A stretch of 63,178 nt of DNA, the filler included, from Octopus bimaculoides (lineage: Eukaryota), in assembly GCF_001194135.2 (NCBI RefSeq). It is 5 parts of 4 records of this genome, joined end to end, with 100 filler letters (N's around TTAATTAATTAA, not from the genome) between each part and the next. Parts side by side here need not be neighbours in the genome. Positions count along the whole stretch, not along the records: positions 22,801 to 51,522 come from NC_068983.1; positions 51,623 to 53,464 come from NC_068985.1; positions 53,565 to 63,178 come from NC_068982.1; 2 more parts are not named here. One strand, 5' to 3'. Under the pieces are notes generated by a model, which made no database searches, had not been told where the DNA came from, and worked only from the letters and a program-made list of their open reading frames with translations. Both the position numbers and the translations under genes were made by a program. Positions 50,197 through 63,178 of the stretch are shown one piece after another. Positions within the stretch are counted from its first letter, which is position 1, and every line of letters begins with the position of its first letter.

Positions 50197-51522
50197 TGTT
50201 AAATTAGAAGTGAACTGAACGCAGAAACTCCAATCTGATCAACAACAACAAATATTTATTGTATGGTAGAAAATAAAACAGCTTCCAATTGTCCGGTTTC
50301 CGAGTAGCCTGAAATGTAGATGTATTGTTCCTCGAGCTGGTGTCGTTGTAGAGACAACTTCGTTCAACCACACTCAAATGAGAGAGCCTGCTTAGACGTC
50401 TTGCTTGGTCGCTGTCTGCGGGTAAAAGAGACAGGATAGAAGCGGGAACGCTTGGATGCTGAAATCCACACATGCGTGGTTAAGGATTCAGCAATGGCGA
50501 CTATGCCTTTTTGGCGCCAATATGACGTCACTACAATGGCTCCCCCTTGAGTGTGGAACACGAAATTAAAAAAATTTTGGAGGGACGTCTGAGGCGAGAT
50601 GGCAATCGAAACCACGCAGAAAATGCGGCACAAATATATATCAAACACTCGGTTTTATCTTCACTGTATGAGTGGGACATCCCCTCACGGAAAAATAGCA
50701 AGAGCCAACCGACTAAGATACCTAGTACCAGGCATTCCTCCGACGTCGCCAAGTTTAAACAGGACATCATTACCACTGTCAACATCATTACCACCACACA
50801 TACAGAATACAGCTATATTACAGTTCCTGCGCCGACGTTTTCGCCATCAGTGTACTGTCTACCACAATGTCGTGCGCCAACAACCCCACCACCAGGGACA
50901 CACCAGATTAACACACTTGGTTTTATCGACTCTGTTAGAGTGGATGTTTTCCACTCACGATCAACAGACCATCCAGAATATTTACCACCAGGTAACCGGT
51001 CACAACTGGCATCGATGCTCAACCATAGCTCCGCAACTGACCACAACCTCCCGCGTATGGACATTCCAAATTTCCTTGTGTAATTTTTTACGAACCGGAT
51101 ACATAGTTTTTTTTTTCTGAATGGAAGAAAAATGTTCAATAAAAAAAACTGAAATTGTCCAGTAAAAACAATAAATTAAACGTAAATAGTTTTTTCCAAT
51201 TTCTTGAGCCAATGCACCGTCCTGCCAAACCTAGTGAAATAAGGTTCGCTAGGGTTCCTTTGCAACGACGAAGGTGGTGTAATTGTTGGTGTGTGTGATT
51301 GTGATGGTGCTGATGTTGGTGTATGCATTGGTAAAGGCGTTGACAATGTGTGTGGTGATAGTGGTGTGGGCGGCATTTGAAACACGGGCACGTCGTCCAC
51401 GGGAGTTGAAGGTTTGTCAAGGTACGCTTTTTTCAGACGGTCGACAGACACAATTTCTGTACGACCATTAGCGTCGACCTTGAAAAACTTTGGAGTGCGA
51501 GAAAGCACACGATAGGGTCCTT
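50197..51522 (-). mobile_element. Gypsy LTR retrotransposon 3' end: integrase C-terminus, PPT and complete 339-bp 3' LTR (50197-50535)
   Basis: GPYRVLSRTPKFFKVDANGRTEIVSVDRLKKAY...TRFGRTV. PPT AAGGGGGAGC, LTR TGTAGTG...TTAACA with internal AATAAA. Confidence 0.88.
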
Positions 51523-51699
51523 NNNNNNNNNNNNNNNNNNNNNNNNNNNNNNNNNNNNNNNNNNNNTTAATTAATTAANNNNNNNNNNNNNNNNNNNNNN
51601 NNNNNNNNNNNNNNNNNNNNNNTAATAATAATAATAATAATAATAATAATTTATCTTTCCAATAGTGCTTTGCAAAGATGAAGCACTATACAAGAAATT

Positions 51700-52240
51700 G
51701 AAAACGAATGAAACTGAAAATAGGTACGTAACGAAAAGAATGCATGGTCAATTTCATAGGGGTGTTGAAGATAAGACAGACAGAAAAAAAAAGATGGCTG
51801 TGAATGACTAGAAGTGATTTAAAACCGGAAACAGAGGCTCTACTCTGTGCTTCCCAAGAGCAAGCATTAAGAACAAACTACATAATATACAGAATAGACA
51901 ACACATCAGAAAGTGATAAGTGCAGAATCTGGGTATAAAACGGTGAAACCGTATAGCTTATTACCAGCCAATGTACGCCACTAGCCCAGAAGGAATATAA
52001 GAGACTCCACGACAATATAGCCTGGCTTGTCCATTGGACACTTTGCAACAAGTATGGACTTGACAGAGCAAAAAATTTGTACCACCACAAACCTGAAGGC
52101 ATAGTCGAAAGTAGAAATGCAAAGATCCTGTGGGATTTTATGATTCAGTGTGACCATGAGATAGTGAATAGGAAGCCGGACATAGTCTTAACTGAGAAAG
52201 AAAACAAACTATGCTGGATCCTAGACATAGCATGCCCTAT
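51700..52240 (+). mobile_element. R4/Dong-like non-LTR retrotransposon, zinc knuckle + restriction-like endonuclease fragment
   Basis: LKPETEALLCASQEQALRTN...KCRI..ETV..ITSQC..LAQKEYKR.HDNIA..VHW.LC...ILWDF.IQCDHEI..RKPDIV...LDIACP, next to a (TAA)n tract. Confidence 0.88.
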
Positions 52241-55200
52241 GCGATCAGGAAGAAACAAAAGTCGAGAGATATGCACGCACGCACATGTACTTATTACTTT
52301 CAGAAGAAAATATAAGACATTTGGTTTTCTATATTAATGTTTCATTAGCATGCCAGGAAAAGTACTTTACATTACTTCACCCGTCATTACATTCTGACTT
52401 CAATTCTGCCGAAGTCTGTTCTGGCTGTCATCTTTTCTGGGTCGATATCACCAGTACCATTCGAAAATAGGATCGATGTGATTAACTTACCCCATCTACC
52501 GATACACTGACTTCCCACAAAATGTGAAACCAATATGTTTCATAAAGCGACGATTCGGCAAAATCGTTACCACGTCGAACAAATTGCTTAGCAGCATTTC
52601 TCCCGTCATTGCGTTCTGAGATCAAATTCAGCAAAGGTCAGACTCCAGGAGAGGCAGAATATAGAATGAGTTACCTGTAAGAGACGATACGAGGTGTGAT
52701 ACAGGAAACTATGTTTTGCTAAGCCATTGGAAATAAAGAAAACAATGTGTTTTCTATGCATTTCAAATATAGTATACAAGAGAGCTAGAATAATCGAAAT
52801 ATCCATTAAATTATGTGTGAATTTTAACGTTTATATACGGTAATTAGCTCTTATATTAATTATACGCGGATATTTTAATAATTATAGAGAAATAAATATA
52901 TTGTCACAAGCAATTAATACGTTAATCAATAAAATGAAGAAAATAATGTAAACACCTACGGATACAAAGAAACAAACGCGTACATACACACACACTGACG
53001 CATACGGAGACACAGACGCATGCATAATCACATATGCGTATAAACACACACACACGCAAACTTAAACACACATATCTATACTTCCAGTGTCCCAAGTCAT
53101 CCTACACACACACCCATATATACGCGCACGCCTACATACACAGCCGCATACACATGCACACACATACACACAGGAGTGCACACACAAAATAACACACATA
53201 CCTGGCACACATTCTTACGCTCTCACACACATACGCACGAACAGACATAAACACAAACACACACACCTCTCACATACACAAAACCACACACACACACATA
53301 CACAACACACATACACATATACACACATGCACACATACACATATACCCACATGCACACACGCACACACACCTCTCACATACACAATACTCACTCACATAC
53401 ATAACACACACGCCCGCACGAAAACATGCACAATATACACACACACGCACGCACAAAAAATATANNNNNNNNNNNNNNNNNNNNNNNNNNNNNNNNNNNN
53501 NNNNNNNNTTAATTAATTAANNNNNNNNNNNNNNNNNNNNNNNNNNNNNNNNNNNNNNNNNNNNAGCACCCACTACACTCTCTGAGTGGTTGGCGTTAGG
53601 AAGGGCATCCAGCTGTAGAAACTCTGCCAAATCAGACTGGAGCCTGGTGTTGCCATCCGGTTTCACCAGTCCTCAGTCAAATCGTCCAACCCATGCTAGC
53701 ATGGAAGGCGGACGTTAAACGATGATGATGATGATGATGATGACTTTGAGGTAGATTTGGCTGCTGTTTCTAGCAGCTTACGATACCATGCTGTGGCTCC
53801 CTGCCTTTTTTTTTCCATCCTTTTTTACTGTCACTGCATATAACACTTCATTAGTTATATGATGTGTTGAAGCACTACATAGGTTATCAGTAGAAGATGA
53901 AAAATATATTTCAAAGAACTTTATTTTTTTGCACACGAATGGAATCTACAAAGTTCAAAAGATGGAAATCTAATGACTGCTTAAAAAGGTTGTTCTGTGA
54001 AATAGTGATAAAAATGTAAACAAATCAATGTTATAATTCTCCTTCACTTTCTCTCTCTCTCTGTATTTTCTCTTGGTGTGTATCTCTCATTCTGTTCCAC
54101 TGTTCTAGAGAGAGAGAGAGAGAGAGAGATAGAGAGAGAAATATTAAAGAGAGAAAGACTGAAGAAGAAAGATAAACAGTTTTATTTTGCCCAAACACAT
54201 TTTAGAATCTCTCATTAGTAGTTCACACTACTACTTTTTTCCAACTGTATGCATTTCTACTTTTCTCTAATACAACTCCATTTCAACTCTGTCATTCCCT
54301 GACAGGCAGTTGTATGCGATTTGAGGGAGACGTCACTTTTATTTCTCAAATCATTAAAAAAATCTTCCCTGTGAGATGGCAATTAATAATATACATGCTT
54401 TTGTGGACGTTAGTTTTGTAGTTTCTGAATACAAGGCAAACATATGCATAAACCATTCATATTTATATAAATGAATAATAGACATCTTGGTCAAATCTTT
54501 GTTTGCAATATCTAAATATCTTTGTTTAACTCATGGTATTAAAATCTCATTCTATTTGACAACAATTAGTACAGCAAAGAAATGAGTGATATAACAATCT
54601 TAACATTCACCTTTTCTTGTTTCATAAAGCATTAAGGCTATAAAATTTATCTAAAAGCAAGAATAAATGCAACAGCTGGTGGTACATGGCCTACTTTACT
54701 GAATTTATTTACAAATACTTAGCCCTATTTTCACTACTTGGTACCAATTGCACAAAGCCTATTCTAAATTAGTATCATGATCATATTTAACAGTTTTTCT
54801 TGAATGTCTGCTTTATAAATGAGCTTTTCTTTGTATATTAACAATGTATATTCTTTCTCCTTTTTGACCAGCTCTGCATGCTGACTTTGTACTATTATTT
54901 TTTTTCATAGTTTACAAAGGTTTTACAATCAGTACATTATAATTTGAATTCTTTAGAACTGACAACAGACATGGTGTTGACATTACTGCAATTCTAAATA
55001 CAATAGTAAATCTATACATTCTCTGGCATTTCTAGTTGAAATGAATATTATTAATTTGATATCATTATTAAATAATGTGATCACTGATTATAAAATTAGA
55101 ACAGTACTGTCACCTTGTATATCCATTTTGACAATAGGCACAGACATGGGTATATGATAAAGGAGCTTGTTTTGTAATCACATAGTTCTGGGTTCAGTCT

Positions 55201-57178
55201 CACTGTGCAGCATCTTAAGCAAGTGTCTTCTGCTATAGCTTCAAGTTGACTGAAGTCATGTGAGTGAAATTGGGTTGATGGTTATGTGCTATAACTGTTC
55301 TTGAGTGGTAAACCTATTTTCTTCCCCTACCCTCTCAAAGTCCCTGCTTGTAAAACTTAACATGCTTAGAGGATCTCAGTAAAAATAAAGTTATTGCTCT
55401 TAACATCAAGTCTTCATATCTAACATGAATAAAGGAAAGCTATTTTTTATATGGATTCCATAATCTACTCATCTGAAGGGAAAAGTATCATCAAATTAGT
55501 CCATATATGTGTCAATGGGTTTTTCTTTGACTCTCATTCTATCAGTTCAGTGTAACTCAAGGTTTTGTTATGGCTGCCACAGATTTTCATCTTTACTCTT
55601 CCTGTTACCAATTAGCCACACAGATGGTACTGAAAATACACTATAGACATCTCTTGACCAAACATGTAGTATTTCAATGAACAGAGACTTTGGAAGCAAC
55701 CTTGATAGAAAATTCAACAGCATCACCATGGTCATTACTCTTACCAAGCAGATACACCTATAACATTCTCCTAATGGGTACATAAGAAACAGTTAAAACC
55801 TCCTCGTACTCTATAAATGCTATGTTTCCATTTCTGTGATGACTTATCATGTGGTCATACAACTATAATATGGCAAGGATTGCACCCTCAAGAAAGGTTT
55901 TCTCTTGTGGGATGGAAATATTTCAACTCTAAATACTGGCAGACCTTTTAAGGTAGAAGTGTACTTTCTGCATCTGGGATGGAAAAGAAAGAAAATTCAT
56001 TCAACTGATAGCACTACCCTTCAGTCCACTTACATATGTTGTGTCCTCCTTTTGTCTTTGCTACTTTGAACTTGCAAACTATACTAAACATACTTTAATC
56101 TGTTTAATGCATTTACTGCTCATCTTATTATCCCAATTATTTTACTCATATCCATACTCTAACCCATCAATTTATGAAAGTTTCAGCAGCCTGGGAGGAT
56201 CTTTAACAGGCTGTTGACATTGCTTCACTCTTTTAGTAAAAACAGTTTGCTTTCATGTTAAGGGAATACTGAGTAGATGGGCTCAAATTATAGGTTAAGC
56301 AACTAGTATTGGCTTAAATTTGAAATACTAACAAACTTACAGAGCATATTCCTACCTTTATGTGGTAAAGTGAATGTAAAATACAGAGACTAGTTTTTGC
56401 AAATGTCTTCAATCGTTGGCTACATTTGTTTTTTGATGAAGAGAAATAAAGACCTCCCTTATAAAATTTGATAGAGCAGAAATATGTTCAAAGGCATTCC
56501 AACTTTGACCTTCCCATATTTTTATATATCCAGCACTACAGTATTCAGTGTGTCAAGTCCTTTAAAAGAGTAAGGTTTTTGTTTTAATTGCAGATGATTT
56601 TTGAATAAAGGATAGCTATATGATATTCATGTACTCAATTCTCACGGACACATCTAGATGAAATATTTCTTTATCTTACTTTGGATTTTCCAAATAGCTA
56701 TTCTTTTACTTGTTTCAATCATTTGACTGCGGCCATGCTGGGGCACTACCTTTAGTCGAGCAAATCGACCCCAGGACTTATTCTTTGTAAGCCTGGTACT
56801 TATTCTATTGGTCTCTTTTGCCAAACTGCTAAGTTACAAGGACATAAACATACCAGCATTGGTTGTCAAGCGATGTTGGAGGAACAAACACAAACACACA
56901 AATATATATATCTATCTATATATATATATATATATATATATACATACGGCTTCTTTCAGTTTCTGTCTACCAAATCCACTCACAAGGCTTTGGTTGGCCT
57001 GAGGCTATAGTAGAAGACACTTACTGAAGGTGCCACACAGTGGGACTGAACCCGGAACCATGTGGTTGGTAAGCAAACTACTTAACCACACAACCACTCC
57101 TGCACCTATCTGCACTATATTTGCATTGGTATTAACTGTTTCAATGAATGATCACCCCTTGTTTGTTTGCATTTAAAG

Positions 57179-57279
57179 GAAAAGCAAGACGTCTTAAACA
57201 AGCAAAAGAAGAAGCACAAGCAGAAATTGAAAGTTTCCGTGCAGAGTCTGACTCGAAATACAAGGAATATGAGAACAAG
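57179..57279 (+). CDS. ATP6V1G: V-type proton ATPase subunit G, exon 2
   Basis: tttaaAG / GTtagt sites, 101 nt, (R)KARRLKQAKEEAQAEIESFRAESDSKYKEYENK contains the hallmark RKARRLKQAKEEAQAEIE. Exon 1 was not found. Confidence 0.96.
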
Positions 57280-58935
57280 GTTAGTGATGTATATGTTTGT
57301 ATGTTTGATAACTGTATTCATAATAAATTTTCAAATAATTTGGGATTTATTGCTTAAAGTGGATGGAACCTGTAGAAGGAGACCCAGGAAGACATGGAAT
57401 GAAGTAGTGAGGCCTGATCTCAAGATGTTGAGCCTCACAGAGATGACAATAAACTGAAATGTCTGGTGATATGAGGTTCTTGAGAAAACCCGCTTACCTC
57501 AGCAAAACTGAATTCTTAAAGCTCTGTGATTCATGTGCTCTCCACCCACATGTTACATTAACCTCTCCCCACCAAAATAAACTACATATCATGCACTGCA
57601 CTTGTCTGTCCCCCCACCTACTCCTATAGCTTTGTCTTCTCTTTCTCTCTCCTGTCCTCCCCCTGCCAACTGTATCATTGCTGTCCTACTACTCCCCTAT
57701 ATACCTGTTTTCACTGCATTCTCTTTCCCCTCTCCTTTCTCCCACTCTCTTTTTGCACTCTCATAAACTCCCTGCTCACTCACTCAATCCAGTCCTCTGT
57801 ACCACTCCACTTCATTCATCTCCTTGTACCTTAAAGGTAATCCCTGGCACATTTTCACTACTATATACTCTCTCTCTCACTCCAACTGGGTTAGCCATGT
57901 ATCTCCTCTATTACAAGGCACCTGTTTCTGTCCCTCTATCATAGTTTAATTTCTCATTGCCTGGTACAAAGTCACCTCCCTCAATACCACTCCTCATCTC
58001 AATTGAGGTGTCTTCATCTTGCAAGTTACTTGGTAACCTTGCTGGTGTCACTTAAAATGTACCCAGTACACTCTATATCTAGCTATAGAAACCATGCCAA
58101 AGCAGGCAATAGAGCTTGGTGCAATCCTCTGGCTTACCAGCTTCTGTCAAACTATCCAACTCACATGCCAAGATGGAAAATGAATGTTAAATGATGATAA
58201 TGATGTTTACTTCTCTAAAATGGTTAAAAATAGAAAATGGCTAGAGCAAAATTGCAACTTGGTTTTGTACAAGTGCATAGGTTAAATAGAGCCATACTGC
58301 CATAACTATTCCGTTATCTAATTCATGATGAGCAAGCTTAACATAAATCTGTGACTAATGAAATCATGGGTTTATGTATGATACAAGTTTAGCAAGACAA
58401 AGAAAGGTTGAAACTACTTGTAAAATAGAACATAGGAAATAAATTGTGGGAAAACTGTTTAATGAATACAAGAAGCGAATTTCCCCTGATAGAATTTACA
58501 TTTTTCCCTCTTATAATCAAAATTGTAATATGGCTATTTTACAAACATAAGGGTGTGAATTTCATATATGTAAATTTGATAATCAATATTAATGAACTGA
58601 ATCGAACTTATAAATTTCTGACACATGATCCCAAGACTGTGGCATAACAGATGAGAGCATTAAAGTTTTGTGCTTAAAATATAGATTTCTTATTTATATG
58701 TAAAAATATAACACTTGAAGACAAGATACACCAATAAAGATTTAAAGTAGATAGAAGCAAAAATGGTATTTAACATATCTAATGAATTTTTACAATATCA
58801 GATTTCTTCATGAAAAAAGGAAAATTACATTTGAAATTAAGACATTCACATTCTTTTATTTACTCACAATTTCTTTACTACAGAACTCTTAGAATAAATG
58901 CTTTTATAAATATAATTATTTTTTCCTTATTTCAG

Positions 58936-59106
58936 GTTCTTGGTTCACGAGGTGATATGGAACAAAGTATTCAAGATAGCACTCAACGGAAAATAGTAGA
59001 TCTTAACAACATGGTGAAGAAGAATAGAGAATATGGTTTGAAGAAACTTCTAGATATGGTGTATGATATTAAACCAGAGTTACATCAAAATTTTAAATCC
59101 TTGTAA
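58936..59106 (+). CDS. ATP6V1G: V-type proton ATPase subunit G, last coding exon
   Basis: Acceptor tttcAG. VLGSRGDMEQSIQDSTQRKIVDLNNMVKKNREYGLKKLLDMVYDIKPELHQNFKSL* has the typical (L)GSRG start and DIKPELH end, in phase 0 with exon 2. Confidence 0.95.
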   Translation, partial: VLGSRGDMEQSIQDSTQRKIVDLNNMVKKNREYGLKKLLDMVYDIKPELHQNFKSL

Positions 59107-60489
59107 AATTGGTCTATTGTCATGCAATTTATTATATAAATTATACTGGATATTATCTTAGTTACCGTATATGTTATAAAATTGGTGATAGGCTGAAATC
59201 AAAAGCCCAGACACTTAAATTGGCTAGGGCACAGAAGAATCATCATGAACATTTTCAACATTTCCATATGCTACCCATTCTTGCAAAAGATGAAGTATGC
59301 ACAGTTCAATTAACCAGCAAAGTTGCATCTGTTAGAATTTGTCTGACGCAGACTGCTCTGCCAGAAATAAAGGAAAGAATGTTCTTTTTTTTTTTTTTCC
59401 AGTTCTTGACCATTATTTGTTTTTCATACTTCATTCATTTCTGGTAGTTTTAAGTCTTCACTAAAAGTGATTCTGAATGCTGTAATTTTTGTTATCCCAT
59501 CAGTTTGATAGGAGTGTAAATTTTGAGTTATATCAGCTATATGGGCAATTTAGAAAAAGTAAGACACTATTGGACTTACATTTGACTTGTTTCAAGAAAA
59601 TTAAAAGAAAAATGAAATATCTTTCACAATTTTTGTTCTTAATTCATTTTGTCTATTGTTGACTGTAATATATAATGAGTCTAAACTTAACTTTCAGCTC
59701 CTGCTTTAATGTGATTCTTCTGCAATAATAGTTAATGATTAGATCTAAATGGGCAGTTTTACGAAAATCTGTTTATCTATAAGTTTACAAACCCAGGTTT
59801 GGTTCACAAAAAGTTATGTTCTTAGCCTGTTTGTATTAGTAAACTGATTGTGAGTCTATGTTGTTTTATGGTTCTGATTGATATCTCAACAAAGTCAATT
59901 TAACCTTTCACTCATCACCCAATAGTCTCAGTCAAGTAAACCTATAAACATATTACAGCTATGACCATTCCATCTGTTTTTGTATATCTAAGATGCTTCA
60001 TTGAGATGATACAGTGATGAATTTAGCTGCTTGCTCTAGCAGATGCATAGAGTATTGTCTCCCTGGTTCAAATAGCATCAGTAATTTTAAGGAGTCATCT
60101 ACTTCAGTCTTTTAGTAGTAGTTTCTGAAATAGATACCTTTTGAGTTACCACTATATTTTATGCAAAATGAGTTTGTAGCACTTTGTTAAATTTACAAAT
60201 GTCTTTAGGTTGGTACATCACATTTGTGAAAATAATGTTTTGCAATTGAATATGGCTGGGGTGGGATAATAGTTTTTTTTTTATCTGTTTACTTGTTTCA
60301 GTCATTGGATTGCAGTCATGATGGGGCACTACCTTGAAGGGGTTCAATCACTCAAACAAACCAACCCCAGTACTTATTTTTTTAGTCTGATATTTATTCT
60401 GTTGGTTTCTTTTGCTGAACCATTAAGTTATGCGAACATATACAATTCAACACCAGTTGTCAAGTGGTTGGAAGACAGACACAAATATA

Positions 60490-60850
60490 TCAGGTCATCC
60501 CATAAGTTCTGTCCGAATTTTGAATAAAGAAAACAAGTGATCAAATGTTATATTTAATTGAAATTTAATCATCAATGTACTTTCCCTGATTATCTATGAC
60601 TTCCTTCCATCTATTTACAAGCTTTTTAATCCCATCAATGTAAAACTCTTTTGGTTTCAAAGCAAAGAACTTTGAAATGTCAGTTTCGACCTCCTCCTGG
60701 CTTGCAAAAGTTATGTCCCCCAAATGATTCTGTAAACTATGAAACAAATGGTAGTCTGAAGGAGCAAGGTTGGGAGAATATGGTGGATGAGGAAGTTTTT
60801 CCCAATGGATTACTGACTGGCTGTGGACAAGTGCATCATTTTACATTTTA
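60490..60850 (-). mobile_element. Mariner 3'-end fragment
   Basis: LFHSLQNHL...F...EEV...I..FF..KP.EFY..GI.KLV.RW..VIDN.GKYI.D* followed by a TIR-like end next to TA. Confidence 0.85.
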
Positions 60851-62028
60851 GGAGGAAAGAACCTGGATAGAATTTACTGTTCCCTCCACAACAACTTTAA
60901 GAAATCTACTGTTGAATGTGACCTAGGCATTGCTGTTAACAAAGATCTGTGTTGGGTGAACCACATTTCTAAAATTGTCAAGAGTTGAAGTTGCTTACCA
61001 GCTACTACTTAAAGTTATATATAGCTATGGTATGTCCACAGTTTGCATCTGTCTTGTACAGAATATCAAAGCTGTTCACGAATATTTTGAATGCCTTGCT
61101 GCTCTAGACATTAACACACTAAAGCTGTGGTTCTTAACCACTTTTTTTTTGTAGTGCTCCCTTTTAAGTAGTTATGCCTAGCACCCACTTAAGGGGTGAG
61201 TGAGCTATCACAACTAAACTAACTTAACATGGGTGATAAAACAATTAATAAAGGCAAAAGTTGTAAATTTACTTTATACATTGCAAATTAATGACTTCCT
61301 TCTGCCTGATGAGATCTCATTTTATTTTAATAGCCATTAATAATTTTGAGATATTTTAACAAATCCAGATACTCTGAATATGTAGTGCAGTAAAGGTTGG
61401 GGAAAAAAGTGATTAATTTTATAATTTTAGTCCATTTCTCTTTTATAATAACCTGCTTGAAATAAAAGCAAGCTAAATTTGAAAAAAAGGTCCCTTGCAT
61501 CTAAAAGCCTGATGTTGTCTGTAAAATAATTCTAATGCAGACACAGACAAACTTTTTCAGAAGCAGGCCGCACAAAACATGGCTCATCATCAGGTGAACT
61601 GAATGAGATATAGCTCATCATCAAGTGGATCACACGACACATGGTTCATCATCAGGTGGGCTGCATGATATATGACTCATCATCAGGTGGTCCACACTAC
61701 TAAAATTTTCCACGTAATTTTTTGCTAGATGTGTCAGTCAGGAAGTCCAATAACTATTGTAAGAGTAATGTCCCTTTACTTGCAATTGACAAACAAAATC
61801 AAACTAGGTCATCCTGATTCAATGAGAAAGAGCCTTAACATGGTCATGACCTGCTAAACATAGCACCTAAATTATCCTCATCAGGAGTTAAGCAACAACA
61901 GCCTAGTCTTGTACATTCAGAATAAGTATTACAGCTGTTAGATAAACAACCCAGATGGTTTTAAGTTACACCGTCATGTTATGCATATGATCTCATTCTC
62001 AACCTGGATTTAAGACTATGGTCTATAA

Positions 62029-62527
62029 GTAGGGGTCGCCAAACTACAGCCTACGAGGTCAGTTCATCCGGCCCACTGCCGCACTGTACCTTTCGTATAA
62101 GTACCTGCAGATGAGAGTTCATTTGCCTCTGATATGTCATCAGTGTTTGGAACAACTTGTTTGTGAGCAAACATTCTCAAAAAGAAGTTTGTGAAGTCAG
62201 CACATTGAAGAGTTAGACTGATGAACATTTGAAAGCAATTCTCTTGGGTGGATACAGCAATTCCAAAGCAAACACTGATGATATTTTAAAAGCTAAACAA
62301 GTTTCACTAACTTTTTTTGCTGCTTAGTTTGAGATTCGGATATGTGCACATTGGGTGTGATATAACTATCTTATTGCTAACATTACCTTCTTTGGTAACT
62401 TTTTAGTAAATAAATATGTTGTCTTTATTTTTTGTGTTTTCACTGTATTGTAATGAACAAAATAGTTATGTGACTCACACTGATCATTCTCTCAGTTATT
62501 TGGCCTGCTGTAAAAAAAGTTTGGTCC
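62029..62527 (+). mobile_element. hAT (Charlie/SPIN-like) internally deleted remnant
   Basis: Frameshifted SVFGTT.LCEQTFS..KFVKS..R..L.DEHL.AIL dimerization-domain motif; hAT-like ends (taggggtcgccaaact...aaaaaagtttgg). Confidence 0.7.
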
Positions 62528-63137
62528 TAAAATATGGCAATGTTTACATTCCTAGTTTTTAGCCCCAGGTCAGCTCAAATCAATCAAAGCTGTGACCACT
62601 GTCCTTCGTAATTAGAAAAGAAAACTATTTAGGATTACATTTTAATGGCTTTTTTCCCCTTAAGATAGTAGGGTTTAATTTTGGCTGCTATTTCTAGTTT
62701 GTAGAGTAACCACATATAGGTTTCCTTGGCTGGGCTATGCTCATTATAACATGACCTGCTCTAAGAAGGGCAGGCTCAGTTATAGAACATTTCCCTTAGG
62801 CATAGATGAGGCTGTGAGGTAAAGAAGCTCACTTCCCAACTATGTGGTCTAGGGTTCAGTCTGGTGTCTTCTACTACAGCCAGGCAGACCAAAGCCTTGT
62901 GAATGGATTTGATAGGTGGAAATTCAAAGCCTGTCACATGCACACAAGTGTGTGTGTATATATATATATATATCTTTTGTTTCAGTCATTTGCCTGCGGC
63001 CATATTGAAGCACCGCCTTTAGTCGAGCAAATTGACCACAGGACTTATTCTTTGTAAGCCTAGTACCTATTTTACCGGTCTCTCTTGCCAAACCGCTAGG
63101 TGATGGGGACGTAAACACACCAGCATTGGTTGTACAA

Positions 63138-63178
<41 letters not shown>

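Noticed and set aside
50547-51139. Overlapping 108-178-aa ORFs between the Gypsy integrase and PPT as an accessory gene
   Set aside because: ORFs in several frames on both strands with no recognisable domain; consistent with GC-richer, stop-poor sequence.
61578-61700. CRISPR-like repeat-spacer array
   Set aside because: 14-bp core, 15-17-nt spacers that resemble each other, eukaryotic context and no cas genes.

Overview
AT-rich, microsatellite- and transposon-dense eukaryotic DNA with no prokaryotic, CRISPR, rRNA or true tRNA features. The SINE families suggest an octopus (inference from recalled repeat sequences). Two host genes were reconstructed by splice-site and frame analysis; the ORF track misses most of their exons. 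(1) An E2F4/5-type transcription factor on the minus strand: 7 coding exons between 181 and 12949, including 39- and 42-nt microexons; the DNA-binding-domain exons were not found and probably lie in a gap. (2) V-ATPase subunit G on the plus strand: exons 2-3 at 57179-59106; exon 1 was not found. The rest is decayed mariner/Tc1, Merlin, hAT, Gypsy, RTE, CR1/Jockey, Tx1, R4/Dong-like and Penelope-like (PLE) elements and several SINE families. The most unusual structure is a nested palindrome at 22991-23941 whose core is a perfect 52-bp (CCCTAA)4/(TTAGGG)4 palindrome. Other highlights are several hammerhead-ribozyme-like motifs at PLE termini, a PLE GIY-YIG domain split by an in-frame low-complexity expansion, a triple array of a (TAA)n-associated element and a 70-nt intronic hairpin. 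I found no clear evidence of a wholly new protein-coding system. Repeat boundaries are approximate and all translations were done by hand.
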